Notes: a model not told the origin generated them from the sequence alone. DNA of 39,691 nucleotides from Anaerolineae bacterium (GCA_046760425.1 JBHIEC010000002.1:1-39691), one strand, 5' to 3'; shown: positions 17,488 to 26,454, counted from the first letter of the stretch. Made by a program: numbers and translations.

Positions 17488-18936
17488 TCAGACACCTGAC
17501 AGCAGGTCTGGCCTGTCGCTGCAGATGCCATCCACACCCAGGTGGCGCAGGACGGCGATCTCCTCCGGGCGCTCCTCGTGCCAGACGATGATGCCCAAGT
17601 TGGCTTCCCGCACCCGCCTGATCCACTCCGGTGAGAGGAGTTGGTGCGGCTGCGGAGCGTACCACTCCCAGCAGGGATGCACGTACTCAGCCCTCACGCC
17701 CTGGGCCAGCTTCACCGGATCAACATTGACAGCGTTGAAGAGCACCGACGTGGGAATGTGGGGAGCCAGCGCCTTAACGTAGGCCAACCAATCGGGGCGG
17801 AAAGAGTTCACTATCACGCTGTGTTTCAGGCGATGGCGATGCACCAATTCGACCAGGGGCAACACCGCCCGGCCATCCTTGACCTCGATGTACAGACCTA
17901 CACCTGCCTCCCGGCAGGCCTCCATCGCCTCCTCCAGGGTGGGGATGCGCTCCCCGCGACCGGCATCCAGCCGTTTGAGTTCGGCCAGAGTTAGGTCGGC
18001 AACCAGCCCCGTGCCATTGGTGGTACGGGCCACGGAAGGATCGTGGATGACCACCGGCACGCTGTCGGCGCTAACGCGCACGTCCAGTTCCACCATGTCG
18101 GCGCCCAGCTCGGCTGCCAGGCGAAAGGCGGCCAAGGTGTTCTCCGGGGCGTGGGCTGAGGCGCCGCGGTGGGCAATGCGCAGGAAGCGCAGCTCCTGCG
18201 GCGGGATGGTGCGCGTCAGCTCCGACACCCACCAGGCCACCCGGTCAGGGATCCAAGCTTGCAACGCCGGCCAGGGCACCAGCAACTCCTCGCCGACGAC
18301 GAATCGCTGGCTGAACTCCCACGCCGGCTCGAAAGCGCGGCGCTCCAGGTAGGTGTGGACCAGACGGTTAACGTAGGGGGCGCAGAAGGCGATCTTCCCC
18401 TCAAACGGCGGCGCGACCCAGACCCCCTCGGCACCAGCCCAGCGCGTCGTCTGCAGACGGGTCCTCCGCTGTTGGTCAGGCCTGGTAAACCGATCCGGGC
18501 TGGGAGCAAAGGCGTGCTTCCCCGGTTCCGAAAAGACCACCAGCCGTTCCCCCTCCACCGATAGCTTCCCGTCCACGGCCATGCTGTAGTAGCGACCGTG
18601 CCAGCTTGCCTCTCCCCGCACCAGGCGGCCGTCGTTTCCCACGAAGACCCAGATGTGTTCCAGTTCGTAGAGATGCGTGATGTCCCAATCCCACCAGATG
18701 GCGTACTCGATGGCGAAGGCAGCCACGGGCTCACCTGCGGGGGACAACTCGACGCGGCGGGGAAATGAGGGGGAATCGGCATCTTCCCGGAAGATGGTGT
18801 AGCCCACAGCCAGAGGGAGGAAGGGTTCCCGGGCATCAAAGCAGATGAGAGGAGCGTAGCGAGCTGCCAGTGCCCGATCGGATTCATCCTGGGGCGCAGC
18901 CAGCAGCGTGGCCACGTCTGATTGCTGCTCAATCAT
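17488..18936 (-). CDS. Fusion protein: N-terminal Vps62/DUF946-like domain + C-terminal glycerophosphodiester phosphodiesterase (GDPD)
   Basis: ORF 17488..18948 starts at GTG. ATG 18936 has GAGGTG 9 nt upstream. The C-terminus carries [35 protein letters not shown] and IEVK (GDPD). The N-terminal 250 aa carry [15 protein letters not shown] and [19 protein letters not shown], reminiscent of Vps62-type domains (from memory). Confidence 0.75.
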   Translation of the reverse strand: MIEQQSDVATLLAAPQDESDRALAARYAPLICFDAREPFLPLAVGYTIFREDADSPSFPRRVELSPAGEPVAAFAIEYAIWWDWDITHLYELEHIWVFVGNDGRLVRGEASWHGRYYSMAVDGKLSVEGERLVVFSEPGKHAFAPSPDRFTRPDQQRRTRLQTTRWAGAEGVWVAPPFEGKIAFCAPYVNRLVHTYLERRAFEPAWEFSQRFVVGEELLVPWPALQAWIPDRVAWWVSELTRTIPPQELRFLRIAHRGASAHAPENTLAAFRLAAELGADMVELDVRVSADSVPVVIHDPSVARTTNGTGLVADLTLAELKRLDAGRGERIPTLEEAMEACREAGVGLYIEVKDGRAVLPLVELVHRHRLKHSVIVNSFRPDWLAYVKALAPHIPTSVLFNAVNVDPVKLAQGVRAEYVHPCWEWYAPQPHQLLSPEWIRRVREANLGIIVWHEERPEEIAVLRHLGVDGICSDRPDLLSGV

Positions 18937-19171
18937 GGGGATGTACACCTCACAGCAAGGGCGGCGAATGGAATCCGCTGCTTAGGTGGAAAAACGGTCG
19001 GCCCTCGTCATCTGCGCGGCGCCGCCCTGTGCAAGCGGCATACTCGTAGATACCGATTCCGCCAGGAAGCCTCGTGGGGCAGGCTTTCTAGCTGGCCTGG
19101 CCACCTAACCGCAGGCTGGAAAGCCTGCGCCACACCACTTTTGTGATCTACTGATACTGCCTTGGGCCGCG

Positions 19172-20260
19172 TCAGCCCCCAACCAACAACGACTTCTCCG
19201 TCCGTGGGTCGAACAGATGGAGCTTTTCTTTGTTCAGGCTTAAGCCCATCACCTCGCCGATTTTGCCCCCGAAGGGTGCGGGGATCAGGACGCGCACCTC
19301 TTCGCCATCCAGGTGGAAGGTGACCAGGTCTTCCCTTCCCAGCGGCTCGACCACGTAGACCTCAGCACGCACATCCCCCTCGGGGCCGACGATGATGTCC
19401 TCCGGGCGGATGCCCATCACCACTTGGTCTGGAGCGTTGTTCCGCTTGGCCAGGTGTCCCTTCTCGTCGGGGAGCCGCAGATCCAGGCCTTTGCCCCTGA
19501 GGTAGAAGCCATCCTCCCGCTCCTCGAAGGCCATCTCCAGGAAGCTCATAGGGGGGCTGCCAATGAAGGCCGCCACGAACATCGTCTCCGGGTGGTCGTA
19601 GAGCTTTTCGGGTGGGCCATAGGCCTGGAGCAGGCCGGCGTTCATCACAGCGATGCGATCGGCCATAGTCATGGCCTCCACCTGGTCGTGGGTGACGTAG
19701 ATGGTGGTGATGCCCAGTTCCATCTGCAAGCGCTTGAGCTCGCCCCGCATGCGCAACCGCAGCTTGGCGTCCAGGTTGGAGAGGGGCTCGTCGAAGAGCA
19801 AGAGGCTCGGTTCCTTGACCAGGGCCCGTGCCACGGCCACCCGTTGCTGCTGGCCACCGGAGAGCTGGGCCGGCTTGCGATCCATCAGAACACCGATACC
19901 CAGCATGTCCGCCACCCGCTGCGCCCGCTGCTCCATCTCCTCCCGGGGCACCTTCTGCAGCTTCAAAGGGAAGGTGATGTTATCGAAGACCGTCATGTGC
20001 GGGTAGAGGGCATAGCTCTGGAAGACCATGCCCACGTTGCGGTCTTTGGGGGGGAGGTCATTGACCACCCGATCGTCGAAATAGACGTAACCCCTGGTGG
20101 GCTTGTAGATGCCGGCGACCATAAGCAGTGTGGTGGTCTTACCGCAGCCCGAGGGACCGAGCAGGGCCACGAACTCCCCATGCCCCATCTCCAGGTTCAC
20201 ATCCTCGGCGCCCACCACCCTGCCGAAGTATTTGGTCAGGTTCTCCAGGGTTACCCTCAT
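19172..20260 (-). CDS. Sugar ABC transporter ATP-binding protein (MalK/UgpC-like)
   Basis: Motifs are [24 protein letters not shown] and [12 protein letters not shown], plus a MalK-type C-terminal domain. The second ATG (20260) has GGAGG at 6-nt spacing, while the first ATG (20266) abuts the RBS. Confidence 0.9.
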   Translation of the reverse strand: MRVTLENLTKYFGRVVGAEDVNLEMGHGEFVALLGPSGCGKTTTLLMVAGIYKPTRGYVYFDDRVVNDLPPKDRNVGMVFQSYALYPHMTVFDNITFPLKLQKVPREEMEQRAQRVADMLGIGVLMDRKPAQLSGGQQQRVAVARALVKEPSLLLFDEPLSNLDAKLRLRMRGELKRLQMELGITTIYVTHDQVEAMTMADRIAVMNAGLLQAYGPPEKLYDHPETMFVAAFIGSPPMSFLEMAFEEREDGFYLRGKGLDLRLPDEKGHLAKRNNAPDQVVMGIRPEDIIVGPEGDVRAEVYVVEPLGREDLVTFHLDGEEVRVLIPAPFGGKIGEVMGLSLNKEKLHLFDPRTEKSLLVGG

Positions 20261-20360
20261 CTTCATCCTCCTAGCAATTGGTGGATTGGTTATTGCTGCT
20301 AGCCTCTTCGCTCAAGCGATTCACATAGCCTTTCCAAACCAAATCTCGAACTCTTCTGAA

Positions 20361-20404
20361 ATTCCGTTTAATCCGTTACCTGAATCCGTTGACAGTAATC
20401 CGTT
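20361..20404. repeat. Four spaced copies of (A)ATCCGTT abutting the permease stop codon
   Basis: TCCGTT occurs at 20363, 20372, 20385 and 20399. Three copies are exact AATCCGTT and one is AATTCCGTT. They lie in the 145-nt spacer between the permease and ATPase genes. Confidence 0.8.
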
Positions 20405-20405
20405 G

Positions 20406-21296
20406 TCACGCTCCTCCCTTCGCCCCACCGGCATAGATGTTGAGGAGATACTCCTGGGTGAAGATGAAGAAGAGCATCACCGGGATGAGTTGGAACAGCC
20501 CTACGGCCGTCACCATGTTCCAGTTGGTCATCACAGTATCGCTCTGGAAGTTTTGCAGGTAGACGGACAGGACGGCCGTCTTCCCGGCACGCCCTATGGT
20601 GAAGGTGAAGGGAATCAGGTAGGCGTTCCAGCCGGAGAGGAAAGCGAAGATGGCCAGAGCGGCGATGCCCGGCTTAATGTTGGGCATCATGATCTCCCGC
20701 CAGACCTGAAAGCGGGAGGCGCCATCTATCAGAGCGGCCCGTTCCATATCCCAGGAGACGTTGTCGAAGAAGCCTTTCATGATCCAGATGCCAAAGGGGA
20801 GCTCAAAGGCGACCATGACCAGAGCCACGCCTCCCATGGTGTTGAACCCGAAACCGCCGATGAGGGGGATTTCCTGTCCGATGATGGGGATCTTCGAGAT
20901 CCAACGGAGCACAAAGTAGATGGGGATGAGGAGGGTCACGCTGGGAAAGGCGTGGAGGATCAAGGTCAGGGAGAGAAATGCCTTGCGTCCCACGAACTTC
21001 ATCCGCGACAGAGCATAGCCAGCCAGGGACGAAACCAGGACGACAAAGAGGGCCATCGCCAGAGCCACCAGGAAGGTGTTGAGTGCCACCTGCCAGATAC
21101 TGGCATAGTCACGACCGAAAGGTGGCGCCCACAGGAAGCTCCAGTTACTCAAGGTCCACCCCAGTGACCGCAGGCCCTCGGTCCTCGTGGAGAAGGAGCT
21201 GATAAGCAGCCACAGATAACCCGCCACGATGGGGGAGATGGAGATGAGGAGGAGGACATAGGGGGTCGCCTTGCCAATTCGTTGTCTCCGGGTCAT
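20406..21296 (-). CDS. Carbohydrate ABC transporter permease (MalG/UgpE-like)
   Basis: ORF trimmed to ATG 21296 (MTRRQRIGKATPYVLL), which has a GGGAGG RBS. The EAA loop is ERAALIDGASRFQVWREIMMPNIKPG. Confidence 0.9.
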   Translation of the reverse strand: MTRRQRIGKATPYVLLLISISPIVAGYLWLLISSFSTRTEGLRSLGWTLSNWSFLWAPPFGRDYASIWQVALNTFLVALAMALFVVLVSSLAGYALSRMKFVGRKAFLSLTLILHAFPSVTLLIPIYFVLRWISKIPIIGQEIPLIGGFGFNTMGGVALVMVAFELPFGIWIMKGFFDNVSWDMERAALIDGASRFQVWREIMMPNIKPGIAALAIFAFLSGWNAYLIPFTFTIGRAGKTAVLSVYLQNFQSDTVMTNWNMVTAVGLFQLIPVMLFFIFTQEYLLNIYAGGAKGGA

Positions 21297-21325
21297 CGTA
21301 TTCCTCCCTGGCAAATTGCAATCTG

Positions 21326-22342
21326 TTACAGCGCCTCGATCCTCGGCTCCTGCACCAACTCGTTGAATCGGAACACGCGCAGGTACACGACGGCCATCAC
21401 CACGCCGATGATGACCAGGATCACCGCCCAGGCGGAGCCGTAGCCCCACTGGGTGTTCCCGAAATAGTTGGTCAGGGCCCGGTGGTAAGCCGTTAAGGCC
21501 CAGACCTCGGTCTGGTACAGCCTTGGGCCTCCGTCGGTAAGGAGCATGATCTGCTCAAAAGAGGTTAAGAGCGATAGGGTCTGGTAGGTGGTGACGAAGA
21601 GGAGGGGCCATTTGATCATAGGGACAGTGATATAGCGGATGGTCTGCCAGGTCGAGGCCCCATCCACCTTGGCCGCCATCATGTAATCCTGGGGGATGGC
21701 CTCGATGGCTGAGGTGAAGATGATCATGCCGAAGGAGGCGCCGATGAAGCCGTTGACCAGGACGACGAACACCCAGGGGTAGGTGTTGATCAGCAATTCT
21801 CCCCCACTGAGACCTAAGGGAACGAGGATGTAGTGGTTTATGATCCCCACAGGCTCGGGCCCGGCCAGGGCCTTCCACATGATGATATAGACGACCGACG
21901 GCGTGATGCGCGGCAGGAGCCATATCACCCGAAAGAGGAAGCCAGCCCGCCGGTCGATATTGGTCGTCAGCAAGGCAACAGCCAGACCCATCCCCACGTT
22001 GAAGAAGCTCAGCGTCAGCAACACGTACATAGCCGTGTTGCCCAGGATCTTGGGGAAGAACTTGTTGCCGAAGATCTTGGCGTAGTTCTCCAGGCTCCAG
22101 TTTGCTGGCAACCACCATTGAAGCCTTCCAAAATTCGTCATATCCAGGCCGGAGAAGCTCAAGATGAAGATCATGACCACCGGCACAAAGAAAAAGAGGG
22201 TCACCAAGAGCGCCGTTGGGGCCATGAAGCCCAACGCTGTCAGATTCCCCCTCAACCAAGCCCATGTGAGGGGCCTCTCCCTCGCCAGATGGGCGGAGAG
22301 GGGGGGCGTCCCCCCCCTCCCCAGCCTGCTCTTAAGCGTCAT
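21326..22342 (-). CDS. Carbohydrate ABC transporter permease (MalF/UgpA-like)
   Basis: ATG 22342 overlaps the SBP stop (ATGA). The EAA loop is MMAAKVDGASTWQTIRYITVPMIKWP. Confidence 0.9.
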   Translation of the reverse strand: MTLKSRLGRGGTPPLSAHLARERPLTWAWLRGNLTALGFMAPTALLVTLFFFVPVVMIFILSFSGLDMTNFGRLQWWLPANWSLENYAKIFGNKFFPKILGNTAMYVLLTLSFFNVGMGLAVALLTTNIDRRAGFLFRVIWLLPRITPSVVYIIMWKALAGPEPVGIINHYILVPLGLSGGELLINTYPWVFVVLVNGFIGASFGMIIFTSAIEAIPQDYMMAAKVDGASTWQTIRYITVPMIKWPLLFVTTYQTLSLLTSFEQIMLLTDGGPRLYQTEVWALTAYHRALTNYFGNTQWGYGSAWAVILVIIGVVMAVVYLRVFRFNELVQEPRIEAL

Positions 22343-23814
22343 CGGATGATCACCTCGTCACCCAACTCGCGCACCAGTCCCTCCTCCGCGAAGGCCACCG
22401 CCTCTTCGGGGGTGAGCTCGCCGGCCTCCACCGCCGCCAGGGCCTCGTAAGTGACGGTGGAGTAAGGCCCCCAGTTGGGGTTGTTGGGCAGATAGGTGGT
22501 GTAGTCCAGCATGTAGAGCGTCTCGCTCAAAAGTCGGGCCTGCTTGTACGGCTCATAGTCCGCCTGCGTCTTGAGGATGCCCAGGTGGGTGCTCTGCACC
22601 GCGTGGCGGGTGTTGGCCTCATCCGTGGTAGCCTTAGCGACCAGAGCCAGCGCCAGGTCCGGGTGCTCGGACTGGGAGCTGATCAGGTAGGCCAGCGGGT
22701 GGGTCAAACTGTTCGGCTTGCCGCCTTTCTCAGCGGCGGGGATCAACCCGAAGCCAAAGTTCTCGAACAGGTAGGCCTCGCCACCCAGGTCTTTGACATA
22801 GAGCTCCGCCCACTCGGCCCACTGCCACGTCCCGCCGAGGAAGAACAGGACCTTGTGCCCGGAGACGCTGGGATGCCAGGTGTCGCCCCAGCCCACTCCC
22901 AGGACCTCCGTCACCTTGTAGGTCTGAGAGGCATCCCAGAAGAACTGGTAGTACTTCAGGAAGGCCTCTTTGTCGAAGACCAGCTTGCCGGTCTCGGGGT
23001 CAATGGTCTCCCCGCCAAAGGCGTAATAGAAGGCGGTGAAGTCGGGGCCGTTCTTGGGGCGATGCCAGAAGCCCATGCCCGGCTCAACGATGCCCTTGTC
23101 CACGGCCTCCTTGGCCGTCTCCAGCATGTCGTAGAGGGTGAACTCACCCTTCTTGATCTTCTCGGGCAGGGCCTCGATCTCCTCGTCGGACCAGCCAAGC
23201 TCCTTCAGCAGGGGCTTGCTCCAGTAGATCGGCCGGGCCTCGGCGTCCTGAGGAACACCCCAGATCTTGCCCTTGTACTTGACGCTGTCCCATAGCTTAT
23301 CCACGACATTGGCGAACTCGGGGTAGTCGCCGAGCATGTCATCCAGGGCGATGATGCGGCCCGCCTCGGCCTGGGCGCCGATGTACTCGTGGCCGGTCAG
23401 CCAGATGTCCGGCGCTTCGCCAGCGTCCGTCGCCAGCACGAACTCCGTCACGTAGTCACCCCAGCCCACGTTGTCCTGCACCACCTTCACCTGGACCCGG
23501 CGGTTGTCGCCCTTGGCCTCCAGCTCGGCGTTGACCAAGGGGACCGCCATGAGGAGGTTGTTGCAGCGCCAGTCCTCCATAGGCGGCTTGGCCCGGCAGC
23601 GGCCCTTGATGGTGACCAGCTCCACCCCGACCGGCACCTCCACCTTCTTCTCGACAATCTTGGTGACCTCGACAGGGACCTCCTTCTCGACCACGACGGT
23701 CTTCTCGACCACCTTCTCGATCACCTCAGGGGTGGGTGGAGGAGCGCAGGCTGCTAACAGAGCCAAGACTACCAGCAGAGAGATGACCAACAATGTTGTC
23801 TTCCTAGAAAACAT
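22339..23814 (-). CDS. ABC transporter substrate-binding lipoprotein (family 1 sugar SBP) with a V/E/K-rich linker
   Basis: Trimmed to ATG 23814, which has GGAGGAG 8 nt upstream. MFSRKTTLLVISLLVVLALLAAC is a lipoprotein signal. The linker PEVIEKVVEKTVVVEKEVPVEVTKIVEKKVEVPV precedes the SBP fold. Confidence 0.9.
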   Translation of the reverse strand: MFSRKTTLLVISLLVVLALLAACAPPPTPEVIEKVVEKTVVVEKEVPVEVTKIVEKKVEVPVGVELVTIKGRCRAKPPMEDWRCNNLLMAVPLVNAELEAKGDNRRVQVKVVQDNVGWGDYVTEFVLATDAGEAPDIWLTGHEYIGAQAEAGRIIALDDMLGDYPEFANVVDKLWDSVKYKGKIWGVPQDAEARPIYWSKPLLKELGWSDEEIEALPEKIKKGEFTLYDMLETAKEAVDKGIVEPGMGFWHRPKNGPDFTAFYYAFGGETIDPETGKLVFDKEAFLKYYQFFWDASQTYKVTEVLGVGWGDTWHPSVSGHKVLFFLGGTWQWAEWAELYVKDLGGEAYLFENFGFGLIPAAEKGGKPNSLTHPLAYLISSQSEHPDLALALVAKATTDEANTRHAVQSTHLGILKTQADYEPYKQARLLSETLYMLDYTTYLPNNPNWGPYSTVTYEALAAVEAGELTPEEAVAFAEEGLVRELGDEVIIR

Positions 23815-24098
23815 TTTCTTCTCCTCCTTCATCGTTAAGCGTCGAGCGCTAACCACCCAGCGCTCCCGTGGCCAATGAACTTTCGTTCGCTCAGGCGCAC
23901 CATGGCGTGGCTCGATGGGTTAGCCAAGGTCGTCTAACCTTGACAACGGCATGGACACACACGCTCAGGGAGGAAATCCCGCCCTCAACGCGCTAAGGCG
24001 AACTTCTCCGTTTTTTGCCCTTTGCACCACCTCCTTTGCTGAGAAGCCATTCCCTCCACTCAACGGCTGCCACGATTAAGCAACCGAACTGCTTTTTG

Positions 24099-24112
24099 TG
24101 CACACGTTTGCA
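24099..24112. promoter_or_regulatory. LacI-family-type operator candidate (TGCAAACGTGTGCA) at about +2..+15 of the SBP1 promoter
   Basis: It differs at one position from the symmetric TGnAAnCGnTTnCA pattern with a CG centre. It is embedded in the larger palindrome TTTGTGCA-N6-TGCACAAA (24095-24116). Confidence 0.45.
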
Positions 24113-24119
24113 CAAACCC

Positions 24120-24148
24120 ATTATATCATACTTCTTCGCAGTTGTCAA
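24120..24148 (-). promoter_or_regulatory. Perfect consensus sigma-70 promoter (TTGACA-17-TATAAT) for ABC transporter 1
   Basis: On the minus strand TTGACA is the complement of 24143-24148 and TATAAT is the complement of 24120-24125, with a 17-nt spacer. The predicted leader to ATG 23814 is about 300 nt. Confidence 0.6.
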
Positions 24149-24187
24149 ACCCTGGGACGCGAAAACTCCACTCCGGAGCACTCCCCT

Positions 24188-24937
24188 CTATCTCACCCAT
24201 CTCTCCAGGATATCTATGAGGCCCTCTCCATTCTCGAAGGGGGAAACGTAATGCACCCGCTCCTTCACCGCCGGGGTGGCATTGGCTGGGGCGGCTGCAA
24301 AACCGACCAGGGTCAGGAACTTGAGGTCGCTGGTGGAGTCCCCCACCCCGCCGATACGGGATAGGGGCACCCCTGTCTCCTCCGAGAGCCACCGCACCCC
24401 TGTCCCCTTGTCCACGCCCCGGGGGATGACGTTGACACAGGTGGCGCTCTCCTCGGCCACATACCAGGCTGTGTAGGGGCGAAGGGCCCTGGTGACGTGC
24501 CGGTAGAGCTGGCCGACGGTCGTGCCCGGCAGGGGGTACAGGCTCAGGGAGACCTCTTTGCCCGGCTGGAAGTAGCCGAGGCCCGGCTCGACCACCTCTG
24601 TCCGCAGGGCCCTCTTGACGCGCCCCAGCACCTCCCGCATCTCCGTCGTGATGAGAGGGTTCTCCACGAAGCGGTACTCCCGGGGAAAGTACAGGCCCCC
24701 GCCGTTCTCGTAGATGCCGGGCCTGAAGGCGCCGATGGCCTGCATCAGCACCTCGACGTAAGGTTCCGGCCGTCCCGTGCACAGGGTGACGGCCGGCAGG
24801 GAGGGATTGTCCCGGGCGCGGGCGTTGAACTCGGCGACCCGCGCCAGGACACCGAAGTCCAGGGGCTGGGCCTCGCCCCGGGTCAGGCAGCCGTCCACGT
24901 CCACCACGATGAGGCGCAGGGGCTTCTCGATCTTCAA
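24188..24937 (-). CDS. HAD-IIB family phosphatase
   Basis: TTG start with GGGAGGTG upstream. Motif I is VVDVDGCLT, motif IV is GVGDSTSD, and there is a cap-type insertion. It resembles sucrose-phosphate or mannosyl-phosphoglycerate phosphatase-like enzymes. Confidence 0.8.
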   Translation of the reverse strand: MKIEKPLRLIVVDVDGCLTRGEAQPLDFGVLARVAEFNARARDNPSLPAVTLCTGRPEPYVEVLMQAIGAFRPGIYENGGGLYFPREYRFVENPLITTEMREVLGRVKRALRTEVVEPGLGYFQPGKEVSLSLYPLPGTTVGQLYRHVTRALRPYTAWYVAEESATCVNVIPRGVDKGTGVRWLSEETGVPLSRIGGVGDSTSDLKFLTLVGFAAAPANATPAVKERVHYVSPFENGEGLIDILERWVR

Positions 24938-24963
24938 TGCACCTCCCTTGACCAGCCGAGCCT

Positions 24964-25046
24964 GAACGTCAATGTTCAGGCTGAACAGCTCATTTCATGA
25001 GAGTGCTTCAGCGCCCTTACCCTGCTCAGCCTTGACGTCGAGGCTG
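24964..25046. repeat. Element end copy A (RE side): long imperfect hairpin
   Basis: GAACGTCAATGTTCAGGCTGAACAG-CTCATTTCATGAG-...-CTGCTCAGCCTTGACGTCGAGGCT. The arms ACGTCAA/TTGACGT and AGGCTGAnCAG/CTGnTCAGCC pair, and CTCAT-TTC-ATGAG forms a mini-hairpin. Confidence 0.8.
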
Positions 25047-25467
25047 CTCTGGCCCGTCATCCACTTCCTCGATTCGCTCCAGCACAGCTACTATCGTCCC
25101 CTTCCGGTGGTGCTCTTTCTGGCGGCGCACATAGTCTATCACCCAATCCAGGTGCTTTTCACCGAAGGACACCACGCCGTACCCCCGCTGCCAATCGAAC
25201 AACGGCCCGTTTCGGCCGGGCAGGTGGTTGATGTGATGCTGCCCCCTTAATCTGGCCGGTGAAATCGGCCAGCGCGATCTTGGGAGGCACCGAGGCGACG
25301 ACGTGCACGTGATCCTCCGTGCCATTAACAATGTAGACGATGGCCCCCAAACCGGTCGCCTTGCCGGTCAAATAGCCGTGCAGCTCGGCCTCGATGTCTG
25401 GCGTGATCATTGGCTCCCGGTTTTTGGTAGCGAAGACGATGTGATAGAACAAACGCCAGTAGGGCAT
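25026..25467 (-). pseudogene. tnpA: IS200/IS605-family Y1 (HUH) transposase / RAYT, frameshifted
   Basis: ORF 25159..25467 (MPYWRLFYHIVFATKNREP...DHVHVVASVPPK...GQIKG) continues in another frame in ORF 25026..25331 (QHHINHL...LFDWQRGYGVVSF...VIDYVRRQKEHH). The HUH motif (HVH) and the catalytic-Tyr helix (DYVRRQ) therefore sit in different frames. The switch maps to the C5 run at 25242-25246. Removing one base restores a protein of about 146 aa. Confidence 0.8.
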
Positions 25468-25487
25468 CGTATGCCTCCTGGGTGCCC

Positions 25488-25577
25488 AAACGTCAACGCC
25501 CAGGCTGAGCAGCTCATTTCATGAGGGCGCTTCAGCGTCCTTCCCCTGTTCAGCCTTGACGTTTACGTCGAGGCTTC
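25488..25577. repeat. Element end copy B (LE side): long imperfect hairpin
   Basis: AAACGTCAACGCCCAGGCTGAGCAG-CTCATTTCATGAG-...-CTGTTCAGCCTTGACGTTTACGTCGAGGCTTCC. It abuts the TAG stop of the TIM-barrel gene at 25579 and ends 20 nt upstream of the tnpA ATG. Confidence 0.8.
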
Positions 25578-25578
25578 C

Positions 25579-26412
25579 CTAATCGGCAGACCACCCGCAC
25601 GCCTTCAGGTACTCCAGGGAACGGGGCAGTTCCCGGGCGTAGAGCCTCTTCAGGGGCGCGTTCTGGCTCGGCTCGCCGCACTCCAGGGTCATGTAACCCT
25701 GGTAGCCGATGCGCTTCAGAGCGGCCAGGGCAGCGGCGAAATCGGTGTGGCCCCGGCCGGGCAGCTCGCGGTTGGAGTCGGCCAGATGGACGTGAGCAAT
25801 GTAGGCGCCAGCAGCCTTCAGGCTGGCGGGGATGTCCGCCTCCTCGATGTTCATGTGGAACAGGTCGGCCATGATGCGCACGGAAGGGTTATCCACCGCC
25901 TGACAGATCTCCACCGCATCCTGGAGCCTCCGCAGCAGGTGGGTCTCGTAGCGGTTCAGGGGCTCCAGGAGCAGCAGCGTCCCCGTTCGGGCCGCGTGCT
26001 GGCCCAGCTCTCCGGCAACCTCGATCAGCAGTTGCTTCTCCAGCTCAACGGGCGTGGCTAGAGGCGATAGATCAGGCATGAGGGGCGGGCCGAAGATAGG
26101 CACCACCACCAGCCCTACAGCGCCGATGTCGGCGGTGAGGGTCAGGTACTCCTTGACCTCGGCCACGGCCCGTTCCCGTCGGGCCCGTTTGGGGTGCAGC
26201 AGGCAGCGGCGGCGCCCGTAGCAGACGGTGCTGGGGTGGACGGGGCTATTGGCCGCGACTCGCCTGATCTCCTCCACGCGGTCCTCCAGCCCGAAGCTCC
26301 AGAACTCGATGCCTGCGAAGCCCAGCCGCTGGGCGTTCTCGAACTGCTCGGCCAGGCCCTCTCCAGACAGCATATCTTCCTGGATGGCCAGTTTCATGAG
26401 GGCTATCCTCAT
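25579..26412 (-). CDS. Sugar phosphate isomerase/epimerase (xylose isomerase-like TIM barrel)
   Basis: Motifs are LLLEPLNRYET, FHMNIEE and HVHLADSNR. ATG 26412 has no SD. The internal ATG 26397 (MKLAIQED) has GAGGA 8 nt upstream and may be the true start. Confidence 0.85.
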   Translation of the reverse strand: MRIALMKLAIQEDMLSGEGLAEQFENAQRLGFAGIEFWSFGLEDRVEEIRRVAANSPVHPSTVCYGRRRCLLHPKRARRERAVAEVKEYLTLTADIGAVGLVVVPIFGPPLMPDLSPLATPVELEKQLLIEVAGELGQHAARTGTLLLLEPLNRYETHLLRRLQDAVEICQAVDNPSVRIMADLFHMNIEEADIPASLKAAGAYIAHVHLADSNRELPGRGHTDFAAALAALKRIGYQGYMTLECGEPSQNAPLKRLYARELPRSLEYLKACGWSAD

Positions 26413-26419
26413 CTTGAAT

Positions 26420-26448
26420 TTGACAACAAAGCGCCAAAGGGGTATAAT
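26420..26448 (+). promoter_or_regulatory. Perfect consensus sigma-70 promoter on the plus strand (TTGACA-17-TATAAT)
   Basis: TTGACA is at 26420-26425 and TATAAT at 26443-26448, with the 17-nt spacer ACAAAGCGCCAAAGGGG. It is divergent from the TIM-barrel gene and no plus-strand ORF follows it. Confidence 0.6.
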
Positions 26449-26454
26449 ATAAGT

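Larger units (their letters stand above)
24964..25577 (-). mobile_element. IS200/RAYT-type element (about 614 bp): hairpin end, frameshifted Y1 transposase gene, hairpin end
   Basis: Two copies of an 83-90 bp sequence in direct orientation, about 85% identical by eye, flank the tnpA ORFs. The size and architecture match the IS200 group. Confidence 0.75.

Noticed and set aside
20406-21449. Long N-terminal extensions in the ORF track. Examples are 20406..21449, 35323..36252, 2048..2773, 16705..17382, 32697..33074 and 22339..23856.
   Set aside because: The extensions overlap the upstream gene or promoter and are Arg/Gly/Pro-rich. Internal ATG codons with good RBS and sensible N-termini (signal peptides, first TM helix, ATGA coupling) explain the data better.
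23993-24181. A 62-aa minus-strand ORF in the region upstream of SBP1.
   Set aside because: It begins upstream of the predicted -35/-10 boxes, has no RBS and has a K/R-rich low-complexity tail. It overlaps the promoter and operator, so it is most likely non-coding leader.
24126-24782. A 218-aa minus-strand ORF overlapping the HAD phosphatase gene in another frame.
   Set aside because: It is an alternative-frame artefact. It is Arg/Gly/Pro-rich, whereas the 24188..24937 frame carries the intact HAD motifs I and IV.
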